A stretch of DNA of 64,000 bases, taken from the NCBI RefSeq assembly GCF_009914755.1, contig NC_060928.1; one strand, written 5' to 3'. Shown piece after piece: positions 13,860-25,631 of the stretch. The DNA is from the human T2T-CHM13v2.0 reference genome, Homo sapiens. Numbering within the stretch: the first letter of the stretch is position 1; every line of letters starts with the position of its first letter. Under the pieces are notes generated by a model. That model had not been told where the DNA came from. It worked only from the letters and a program-made list of their open reading frames with translations, and did no database searches. The position numbers and the translations under genes are program-made.

Positions 13860-16385
13860 CTTTTTTTCTTTATATCTTCTAAAAAAATAAAATAAAATGG
13901 GATACATGTACAGAATGTGCAGGCTTGTTACATAGGTATACATGTGCCATGGCAGTTTGCTGCACCTATTGACCTGTCCTCTAAGTTCCCTCCCCTCACC
14001 CTTACCCCACAACAGGCCCTGGTATATGTTGTTCCCCTCTCTGTGTACATGTGTTCTCAATGTTCAACTACCATTTATGAGTGACAACATGTGGTGTTTG
14101 GTTTTCTGTTTCTGTGTTAGTCTGCTGAGGATGATGGCTTCCAGTTTCATCCATGTCCCTACTGATACACACAATATCAGATTGTGTGTATGAACATGAT
14201 TTCATTCATTTTTATAGCTGCATAATATTCCATGGTGTATATGTACAACATTTTCTTTATCCAGTCTATCACTGATGGGCATTGGGGTTGGTTCCATGTC
14301 TTTGCTATTGTAAATAGTGCTGCAATAAACGTACATGTGCATGTGTCCTTAGAATAGAATGATTTATATTCCTTTGGGTATATACCCCATAATGCGATTG
14401 CTGGGCCAAATGGGATTTCTGGTTCCAGACCCTTGAGGAATCACCACACTGTTTTCTTCTACAATGGCTGAACTAATTTACATTCCCACCAACAGTGTAA
14501 AAGTGTTCCTATTTCTCCACAGCCTCGCCAGCATCTATTGTTTCCTGACTTTTTAATAATCACCATTCTGACTGGCGTGAGATGATATCTCATTGTGGTT
14601 TTGATTTGCATTTCTCTGATGATCAGTGATGTTGAGCTTTTTTCACATTTGTTGACTGCATAAATGTCTTCTTTGAGAAGTGTCTGTTCATATCCTTCTT
14701 CCACTTTTTGATGGGGTTGTTGGTCTTTTTCTTGTAAATATGCTTAATTTCCTTGTAAATTCTGAATTTTAGATCTTTATAAAATGGGTAGATTGCAAAA
14801 ATTTTCTCCCATTCTGTAGATTGCCTGTTCACTCTGATGATAATTTCTTTTGCCATACAGAAGCACTTTCGTTTAATTAGATCCCATTTGTCATGAAGTC
14901 TTTGACTTTTTGTCATGAAGTCTTTGCCCATGCCTATGTTCTGAAGGGTATTGCCTAGGTTATCTTCTAGAGTTTTTATGGTTTTGGGTTTTACATATAA
15001 GTCTTTAATTCATCTTGAGTTAATTTTCATATAAGGTGAAAGGAAGGGGTCCAGTTTTAGTTTTCTGCATATGGCTAGCCAGTTTTCCCAGCACCATTTA
15101 CTGAATAGCAGATCCTTTCCCCATTGCTTGTTTTTGTGAGATTTGTCAAAGATCAGATGGTTGTAGATGTGCGTTGTTATTTCTGAGGGCTCTTTTCTGC
15201 TCCATTGTTCTATATGTCTGTTTTGGTACTAATACCATGCTGTTTTGGTTACTGTACCTTTGCAGTATAGTTTCAAGTCAGGTAGCATGATGCCTCCAGC
15301 TTTGTTCTTTTTGCTTAGGATTGTCTTGGCTATGTAGGCTCTTTTTTGGTTCCATATGAATTTTAAAGTAGCTTTTTCTAATTCTGTGAAGAATGTCAGT
15401 GGTAGATTGATGGAAATAGCATTGAATCTATACATTACTTTAGGCAGTAGAGCCATTTTCACGATATTGATTCTTCCTATCAACAAGGATGGAATGTTTT
15501 TCCAGCTGTTTGTGTTCTCTCTGATTTCCTTGAGCAGTGGTTTGTAGTTCTCCTTGAATAGGTCTTTCACCTCCCTTGTTAGCTGTATTCCTAGGTATTT
15601 TATTCTCTTTGTAGTAATTGTGAATGGCAGTTAATTCATGATTTGGCTCTCCGCTTGTGTATTGTTGGTGTAAAGGAATGCTTGTGATTTTTGCACATTG
15701 ATTTTTTATCCTGATACTTTGCTGAAGTTGCTTATCAGTTCAAGAAGTTTTGGGGCTGAGATGATCAGGTTTTCTAAATATAAAATCATGTCATCTGCAA
15801 ACAGAGACAATTTGAATTTCTCTCTTCCTATTTGAATACCCTTTATTTCTTTCTCTTACCTGGTTGCCCTGGCCAGAACTTCCAATAGTATGTTGAATAG
15901 GAGTGGCGAGAGAGCACATCCTTGTCTTTTGCTGGTTTTCAAAGGGAATGCTTCCACCTTTTGCCCATTCAATATGATATTGGCTGTGGGTTTGTCATAA
16001 ATAGTTCTTATTATTTTGAGATATGTTCCTTCAATACCTAGTTTATTGAAAGTTTTTAACATGAAGGACTGTTGAATTTTGTTGAAGGCCTTTTCTGCAT
16101 CTATTGAGATAATCATGTGGTTTTTGTCATTGGTTCTATTCATGTGATGGGTTACATGTATTGATTTGCATATGTTGAATCAGCCTTGTATCCCAGGGAT
16201 GAGGCTGACTTGATCACGGTGGATACGTTTTTTGATGTGCTGCTGGATTCAGTGTGCCAGTATTTTACTGAGGGTTTTCACATCGATTTTCATCATGGAT
16301 GTTGGCCTGAAGTTTTCTTTTTTTGTTGTGTCTCTTCCCGATTTTTTGTTTGTCTCTTCCCGATTTTGGCATCAGAATGACACTG
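13860..16385 (-). mobile_element. 5'-truncated L1PA8-like LINE (3' part of ORF2 plus 3' UTR), decayed
   Basis: L1PA8-type tail 'cttctaaaaaaataaaataaaatgggatacatgt...ttgacctgtcctctaagttccctcccctc'. Track ORFs are L1 ORF2 pieces ([16 protein letters not shown]; [16 protein letters not shown]). Confidence 0.93.
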
Positions 16386-16743
16386 ATTCCTTTTATCCTA
16401 ATACTCTTTATCTTCATCCATAAATTAGCTACCCAGGTTCTAAAGCAAACAGATGATAAGTAACAAGTAAATAAGACAAGTCAAGTTTCTATCTTTCCCT
16501 TCTGTATCAAACTAATGAAAAACACAAAGGGAAGGAAAGCAACAAATGAAAAATTTTTTGATAATATGAATATGAATTTAAAGTATTTCTGTGCATTCAT
16601 AATAATATAATCTTCTTTTGAATCACTGGGTTCTGTAGTTTGATAAAATTTGGAGAAAATCTTCCTTCTTACCAGAGACCTCTGTTTTTAACAAACACAT
16701 TTTTTTCGTGATTATCTTTTTGTTTCAAGGGTGCCTTAGAAAT

Positions 16744-16797
16744 AGTTTTATATGAATGAATACATGTAAAATAAAAGTTTTATATGAATGAATACAT
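16744..16797. repeat. Tandem duplication, period 32
   Basis: agttttatatgaatgaatacat at 16744-16765 and 16776-16797. Confidence 0.85.
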
Positions 16798-16978
16798 ATA
16801 AAAATTATAAAAATTAAATATGTACATACATATGCCTGTATATGTTATGACTTTATCTATATATGCTTTTATATATTAGCTATATATACACATAAAATTA
16901 TATAATACATTGACCACTGGAAGCCAACTAAAAAATTGACAGAGAATAATTTGCTAAAATTTGTTAAACATAAAATTC

Positions 16979-17533
16979 TGTCAGGGAGAAAATCTTTTCC
17001 TCTGCCCAAATAGGTTCTTTAATTGAGGGTCTGTGAATTAAATGTACGAAAGACAGATTAGCTAGATAAAAGACAGATTTTAATTGTGTATGTACCTAAG
17101 GTAGTTCACAAAGAAATATGACTCAAAAAGACTGGTTAGAATTCGGGGCTTATAAACTTAATAGGTGAAGGGGACAGGGAGAAGGTCACATATGAGGGGA
17201 AAATGACTTCATAGAAGTGAGGAAAGGAAAGAAAGGGCAGACTTATGGGAAAACAAATGACTTTGGAAGGATAAATGGGCCCTTAGGAGAACGGAGAGGA
17301 GATATGACAGTTCTGTGGTAATTTCTGTTTAGATGTGGTGCCAACATCTTTTGTCTTTGGTGATAAGAGTCAATCTTCCCTGGTTGCTGTTTGGGAGGGG
17401 ACTTATGACAATTGAATCTTTTGAGTTCTTTGGGGAGTTTCTGCTTTTAAACAGATAAGGGATTTTGAGGAACTCTAATGCCTTCAATTCAAAATAACTT
17501 TTATGCCATAGTAAAATATTCTGGATTCCTTTA
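16979..17533 (-). mobile_element. MER34-group (ERV1) solo LTR
   Basis: Starts 'tgtcagggagaaaatc' and ends 'ccttcaattcaaaataacttttatgcc...attctggattcctt'. Similar to the 11300-11836 LTR; near-TSD attc/atcc. Confidence 0.7.
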
Positions 17534-18034
17534 ATCCAGAGAATAGAAAGGTGGGTATATAGTTTAACAGAAAAATAGAGACAACAGGACCCTCATTGGG
17601 TGCTGAGCACTCTGCATCTAAGAGAATAATCTTATTGTTTTGTGATCTCACTTTGTAACTGGGTGGCTACCACCTCTGGTGGAGCATTTAAGGATAAACA
17701 GGTTTCACCTCCAAGTTTTAACTTTGGGGCCAATGTGCTATCTGTCCTGTCCCTCACCTCCCTTATTTCTCTTTAGTTTTTCAGAGGACGAATAAAAACA
17801 GGTTAAGTTAGCAAAATCCTCTTTGTGTGACTTATTTTCTAATGAGCTTTTTGGCTTAGAAAGAAAATCTGCAACTGATTAACAAAAAAGTTAAGGAACT
17901 TTAATTAGGACTTTGAAATCTAAGCACAACAATATATTCTTGTGTGTGATTACAGACTCAGGGAGCATCCAGGGTGACAGCAGTGAGCCCAGGAATATTA
18001 GGTCAGGAAGAGTGACTGAATACCAGGTGCTCAC

Positions 18035-18106
18035 CTGAAGAGAGCTGCCTGTCCTTCTGGGCACTGTGGATGAAGGAACCGTCAAACATAGTGCCTGGCA
18101 ATCCTG
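18035..18106 (-). other. Candidate spliced exon (72 nt), probably non-coding
   Basis: On the minus strand: polypyrimidine acceptor 'tttcctttctcatcctcttcacttccccacag|CAG' and strong donor 'CAG|gtgagc'. Confidence 0.4.
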
Positions 18107-21100
18107 CTGTGGGGAAGTGAAGAGGATGAGAAAGGAAACGGTGTCTGCACAATCCGATCATTACCTTCCCTTTCTCACAGGCTAATTTTGATAACACTAC
18201 CAGCAAACATGCTTTGAAATTATCTGTACTAAACATACATGATGCAAATTGAAACTTGAGGTTTTTTTCTATAAAAATATTAAAAACACATTTATCTTTA
18301 TATCATGGACCATTGCTTTCTTGTTCTCTATATTTCTACTACAAATTCTATGATTGTAGCTCTACTATTTTCTATTTTTTACTCACTTTGATATACAGAT
18401 GAGAGGTTTTAAAAGCATTCTCTTTTGCTGAATATAAAAACTGAAGTGTCACTGAAATCCTTAGCAGAGCCAACTATGTCTATCACACACCATTACTTTC
18501 TACACTGTTTGTGATTACTGGGCTTGACTTTAACAAAAGACTTCGTTAAAAACCAAGGGCAAGATCCCACCTTTGTGAAAGAATCTATTAAACAAAACCA
18601 AACCCATGATATCTGAGGAGGAAAAAAAGAAAAAACAAAGAAATAGCTGACCTATTTTTAGCATGCTGAATAAGCATCAGTACCTTCTATCAGGAGATTC
18701 TGAACAGTGGCAGTAGCACAAAATTAATCCAAATATGAAGGCAATTTGAGTTAAACTGTCCGTATGCCTCACAGTCTTTAATTAATTAGTTATTATTACT
18801 AATTATAATATTAGTAAATGCACATGTAAAATACATGTGTTTGTATATACGTGTATGTACATGTATATAAGTATGTGTGTGTGCGGTTGGGGCAAACACA
18901 AGCACACATACACACACACACACTAAAACCACATTAAGGTGAGTCTACAAAATGCATATGTTTTTTCAGGTGCTAAATGTTGGGTGTCAGGTACCCAGTG
19001 GCAACAAAATAAATATGATCTATTGTAAGATTTACAGTGGTCCAGGATTTATAAGCCTATTTTAAGCATTATCTCTATTTTGAATAAAGAAATAACCTCA
19101 CAGAACCTATAACTACTCAAAATTATGCCATGAATGCATTATCCAACATATCCAACAACTTTCTATGCATTACCAATGAAATAGAACAGCAGTGACTAAA
19201 AGTTAACAGAATTAATTGAGGGTAGGGCTGTTACAAGTTATGCAACTCTGATGACTGCTGTCTTCATCTGAGTCCTTTTCAGAAAACAAGGCTTTGCAAG
19301 TGAGGATATATAACACATAAATATAATTATTTGATTTCTGATCTGTATTAGAAATAAGAATGATTTTTTGGTTTCTTGTAAGTAAAACTTTTGGGTATTT
19401 TTATACATTTATTTCTTTTGCATCAATCTCATTTAAATGTCCAATTTACATTTATCCATCAAATAAACAGAGTGACTTTATAAGAAATAATCTTAGACCC
19501 AGTCACTTATGCCATCCTAGCCCACATCAGTGATTTGAATGCATGATTTTAGGTGACAAGAAATAAGGGAAAACTCTGAAACCCCAAGACAAAGCAACCT
19601 ATTCACTCCATGTATGACCTTCCTCTTGGCATAATTGCCTTGCCAACTTTTGGGGAAGAAGTACAAAATAGGACTACAATCCAATGTTATTATAAATATT
19701 CTTAGCTGCTACAGCGTCTGTTGTAGAGACTGGTTAGAATCAGCAATCAGCACTATTGGTTTTGGGGAAAGATCAAAACACAGTCTTTGTTGTCTTGCTT
19801 TGGTTCTATATTAAAAGTGAAATATTTTACTCAGAAATTTTTCTTCTAGCCCTGACATAATGGGACTCATGATGGGTGATGGATAAGTGGATGATTGAGT
19901 TGTTTTTGAGATAAGCACTGCTTAGTGGAAGAGTTATGGAGCACAGCAGCCAATAAAACCATCTACAACGACTAATGGATAGTGATGACAGAGCTATAAG
20001 CACAGCAGGGAACATTTTTAGCTCCCTTTCCTGTCATGGGGTATAGTTTCCTCTGCATTGCAAGGAGTGGGGTCAACACCTGCAATATAATGCATTTTAA
20101 ATTTCAAATGCAAGATCATCCCACATAAGAGAAAAATGCTGTATCAGATTCCACCTTCAGCTTGTTGGAGCCCTTGTGACTGTGTAACCATCTAACAAAA
20201 CACATGGGATAGACATCATAGGAAGAAAATAAGCCAAATTATGACAAATTCTTAGCATCTGATAATCCCAACTTGTTTACATATTGGGAGAAAGTTTGGC
20301 AAAATGATCTAATCAAAACAGCAGACAGAACATCAGTTCTTCCTCAATCCCATCCATAAAAAAAAAAAAACTGTTGAATGAAAACGTTTTATTTCTAACT
20401 GCTTATTTCAGTCTCATTTATACTATTCTCTTTCCAAGTTTTTTTTAAGAGAAGTGGAGAAAAATAAAGGGGGTACAAAGAAGTCCTGGCTTGAATGTAA
20501 GCTGGTAGTACTCTTGGTCAAAATTGGGAAACAACAGAGCAGAAAAACCTAGTTTTATGAGAAACTAAAAATTTCCTTAGAAATAATTCAGACTTAGAGA
20601 CACTAACCAATGCTTATTATTTGGAGGGCCAGAGCAAAGAAAGCCACTCATTAAAATTGTCCCACTGGATATGTAGCTAAGTGGAATGTCTCATAAATTA
20701 AAACCAAATAGTCTGCTTTACTAAGATCTTGACAAGACACAGGCAGACCAGAGTGGGACATAAGAGTTCCCTGGATTGGTTTTATTTGTTGCCTCTTCAA
20801 ATAGATTTAAAATATTTTTCCATTCAGTGCCTATTTAACAGGAACAAGGAGAAGTAGATTTTCTTCTATATGTTGTTTAATAAACAGGTTCACATGTTAT
20901 TTCTTTTCATTGCCTACGTCAGACCTGGTCTTTTGAAAATAGTTTGCAAACCATCTCCTTTTTCGATAGTTCTTGTTCTTCAGTACTGTTGTGACTTTCC
21001 AAAACTTCTTGAGAGCCATGTTAAGCCACTTACAATAGACATAATAAAAAATGAAAATTATTTTTCGTAAACAGCCCCATACCATGCATTATTATTTTCA

Positions 21101-22319
21101 GGTTTTCAGTTAACTGTGACCACTAGCTTTCAACTAAGGTGTGTGACCTTACAAAATCAACAGAAATAAATCTGCGTTTACAAGGAGTTGTTGTTGCTGT
21201 TGCTGTATCTTGGTTCTATTTGGTTTCATTTTAGCCTAGGGCCCAGTCCATTTCACAGGGAGTAAACATCATCATTGATACCAGTAATGTTTTGTTGCTA
21301 CTACATATGGCCGGCAGAGCTAGGCCCTAGTTGACACACTCTTTTCTCAAATGCTTCACTAGGACAAAAGTAGCACTGATTGGTACATTCAATTTTAGAC
21401 CAACCTTTTAAAGGGACACACTAATTAGTCCTCAAATTTGCCTCAGAGCACTACAAAGTATTAGGAAATATACTATTCCATGTTTATATGAGTTTCTTCC
21501 TCCAGCCTGTCTGTCCTTCCTTTAGTTCCTCCTTTCCACGGAAAAGGGATTGATTGATTGGATGGGTGAGCTGAGGAGGATCTGTCACCCAGTTGTCCAC
21601 GTTGCAGTGAGGCACATGCCCTGGGACCTCATTCTTTGCCCCTACTATCAGGGCTCTGTGGGTATGAGGCTGATTTTCCCTTGTAGCCTATCTGTGTAAA
21701 CAACCTGCATACTCTATTCCTAAAAGGACTTTCCCAAAATCAGAACTTAGGCAACGGCTACTAGAAATTCCATGTACAGTCACAAACCCAAGCTGTGTTT
21801 GCTAATCCACTTCCACTGACAATAAAGATGATATTTTAGTGTATATTTATTGAGCTTCTGTGTCATTTTTTAATGAGCTCTAAGCTTGAGGGAAAAGGAG
21901 GATTGTGCACTACCTTGGTCCCATTTCAACTCTCAACTCACAGGTCCACCACCTTTAAAGCTCCAGGGCATTGTTCCCAGAGAAGATACCGGAAGTGGCT
22001 GGTTCCCAGGACCCCACAGAGAGAGGCCAAAGCAGAAGAAAAAGTCAGAAATTGTGCATGGCATTTGGCAGTTGACTGATAATACTTATGAGAATATGAG
22101 AGATAGTCTTTGGAAACTCACAGAAAAACTCAGAGGGGATATTTCAGGAAAAACTCAGAGGTGAACTTGCAAGCTGTGGATCAAAACACTTCAGGTTATT
22201 CTATATGAGGTCTCAGCCTAGTGAAACCTGAGAAGTTTAGGTTACCTGTGCATATATATTATAAACAATGTATTTGTGCAAAGCATTTGGGAGGGGTTTA
22301 TAACATTTAATTATAAGAC

Positions 22320-22460
22320 CATATCTGTGAAGTAAGCAAGATAACCATAATTTTCTATTTTACATGTAGAAAACTGAAGCATAGAAGGCTAGAATTATCT
22401 CCATGTTATATAGCTGGCAAAAACTGGGGAAGGATTAAAAAGATACGTTCCCTAATTTCT
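22320..22460 (-). mobile_element. MIR fragment
   Basis: 'attttacatgtagaaaactgaagcatagaagg' resembles the antisense MIR core. Confidence 0.6.
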
Positions 22461-22615
22461 AGACTGTTAAGTCTAGAATAATTTAGAGTTCCTTAAGCCT
22501 ACAAATTCTCCTTTAGAGAAATATTTATAATATTTATACAGAATTTTGCAGGAATATGGCCTTATTTAGACATAACTAGATTCAAAAACATAGAAATACT
22601 TTAGGGCTTAATAAT

Positions 22616-23125
22616 TGTGATGGGCAGACTCCTAAGATGGGTTCCAATGTTTCCTGCCACCTGGTATTCATACTCTTTTGTAAGCCCCTTCCTTTGAGTT
22701 TGGGCAGGATCTGTGACTTCCTTTTAGCCAGGAAAATTCAGCAAAGGTGATGGATGTTACTTCCATTATTACATTACATGAGATTGAGGTTTCCATACTA
22801 CAGTAGACTTGTATTATTGGCTCTCTCTCTCTTGCTGGCTTTGATGAAACAAACTGCCATATAAAAGGGCACATGTTAACAAACTAAAGGAAACCTCCAG
22901 CTAACAGCCAGCGAAGAACTGAATTCTGCCAACAACATGTAAGCCTAGAAGAGGATCCTGCCTCAGTCAAACTTTGGATGTAACCCCATCCCCATCAAGG
23001 TAGATACTTTAGGGTAGCCTATGCCCTGATTCCTGACCACAGAAATGGTCAGGTAATAAATGTGTGGGTTTTTTAAGCCACTAAGTTTGTGACAATTTAT
23101 TGTGCAGCACTAGATAACTAAAACA
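22616..23125 (+). mobile_element. MLT1F-like MaLR solo LTR
   Basis: 'tgtgatgggcagactcctaagatgg...ctgaattctgccaacaac...aataaatgtgtg...taagccactaagtttg...gataactaaaaca'. Near-TSD ataat/gtaat. Confidence 0.85.
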
Positions 23126-24317
23126 GTAATTGATCCATTTTCCTTTAAATAAAATAACAGGAATTCTCTTACAGGTAAAAGCTATCACCAGGCCTAACAG
23201 TTATATTCACTCTCATCATCTTATTTCATATGCTGCCTTAACTTGTACTGGGCCATGTAATAAGCACTTGTGATTTGTGCAGCAGACACCGTCTTTTTAC
23301 AGTGTTCTCCCTTATCTCCCTGGCAGAATTCAATGCTCACTTGTCTACAGGCAGGCACTGCAAGGCCAGAATCATTTATTGTAGAGCATTTAAGAATATT
23401 TCTGTATTAACAAGTCCTTGTGACATAAACACTAATGGAAAGCATAATTCAGTCTCAAGATACCTTATGGAACATTTATCCTGAATTGCCTTGCCAAGGC
23501 TTGGAAACAGGTGATCAACATTCTCCTCTGATGATGTATGCAGCCCGGGACTATTGTGTCAGAAGGGAAAGAAAGAAAAAAGAAATATATATATATACAT
23601 ACCTCCTTATATTGTTCCCTGGCAGTTTTTCATTTAGAAGGTCTATTTTATAAATGTGTGTTTTTATTCATCTTTTTCCTCATGCAAGGATTGAAAACGA
23701 GAAATAAATTGGTTTAATCATTTTCTGAGAAATCAGCTAAATTCTAATGTTGTTTGATCACATCCAGTAGCAAAAATGTCAAGTGCATTTCCATTTAGAG
23801 TGCTTGCTTAAATAGCCATGCAAATAGGGAACACCCAAAAGTCGGCATATATCATGAGACAGTTTTGAATTTTTTATCTAGCACACCCTTGCATTAATCC
23901 AGTCTCTTACTCTTGAAAATAATGCATTTTTCCAGCACATCATTCCTTAAATGAGGGTGATACATCACCACTGGAGATTCACCAGTGAGGCACATTAATA
24001 AAGGCAGACAGCTTCAGTTGTGTTTTTTGGGGAGAAGGTTTGGTTCTCATGAGTACAATGTTTGGTTGCTTATGCCAAAAATCAAACCCAGATGTTTCAA
24101 CAACTTCTATTTTTCTTGCTAGGACATTTCTCCAGATCATAATCTATGGGAACTCTAATTTCATTCTTCACTAAGAGCTGCTCATTTCAAAATATTTTAT
24201 TTGATATAGAGGATTAGGATTTGTCTCCTCTCTTCTGAAAACTAAGAAATTAAAAAATGCTATCACAAGTAGACATCTTATTCTTTGATTAGGTCAGAAC
24301 TATGAAGTGAAGAAAAT

Positions 24318-24341
24318 ACACACACATACACACACACACAC
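24318..24341. repeat. (CA)n microsatellite, interrupted
   Basis: acacacacatacacacacacacac. Confidence 0.85.
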
Positions 24342-25631
24342 TTTCAAACACCTATTTGAATAGTAATCAGTGAGGCTGAAACATCTAAAATTTAGAACAA
24401 TTGTCAATTTTTATTAAATTCTTTTTAAATCTTAAGTATTTTTGGATTATATGCTTCCTGAAAATGGGTAATAATGGGATAAATGGGAGAACCGAATACT
24501 TGAATTTTGATCTTTAATTAGATTAAGAATTAGCTAAGTGATATTTTATTGAATAAAGTTATATGACGTTTTTCTTATTCAAACCCATTTTTTTCATTTC
24601 AAATTGTGTAAGTGCATCACATATTTAGGTGATGCACAGTGTAATCTCTAAATCCTTTTAATTCTAACAGTTTAGAATCTGGGCTATCCATACGGTGGGG
24701 TGAACTCTCCAGCATAACCACATTTCAACTTGGATGAAAAGAAGCCTTCATTTTCTCATATTCATTTGAACAATTCCACACTTAAACTATGTATAATGAT
24801 TAAAATGAGCATCTATGTTTGTAGTGTTGAATCAGATATTTAATCACCTCAATAAAACTGAAAATAAAAATTTTAAATCTGTAAATCAAATAATCAGCAT
24901 TCAGTCTCATAGTAATAAAATTTAGAAAAATATAAAAATAAGATATGTAGAAACTCCCTAGAGCAGATTACGTTTTTATGTTATTCTTGATGAATAGATT
25001 TGATGGAATTCAATTAAAGACATCTGAGAAAATATATGTTGATTAATCATAGCAACATACTTATATGAGAGATCCACAGGGAAGAGAGATCCATGTATTA
25101 TTTGAAACATATCTTATTAAACATTCTTAGTAGAAACTGCACTGAGTATCTAATAGCATGGAATTGCCAAGAAAAGGGTTTAAAACAGAAGAGAATTACT
25201 GTAAGACCCAGATTTAAGATCAGGAAAAGTCACGTCTTTATATAAAGAAAAGCCAGCCCAAAGAAAGAAACTGTAAATTCAGATTAATTGAGGAAGTCAG
25301 CACAAAGAAAAATACTAAAGAAACAAACTGGAATTTTTAAAGGCAAACACTGAGTATGGAAAAGAAACATGGTATGAAACAGAGAGACTGGAAATAGATA
25401 AATTTGCATGCTTAATATTTTCCTTACAATTTCCTGAGTTTGACTGTGAATTTCAGTGTTCCAGAGCACCAGAGTTCAAATTAGTACTACTAATTTTTAA
25501 AGGTTGTCCACAGAAGTTCACTAACTCGAGTTAGGACAGAGAGACTTACAAGTGAGTGTCGTTTAATAGAAACAATTAAAACAACCTGGGCAAGCTACAA
25601 AACTACAGCCTAAAAGAAATAGAGAATGGAG

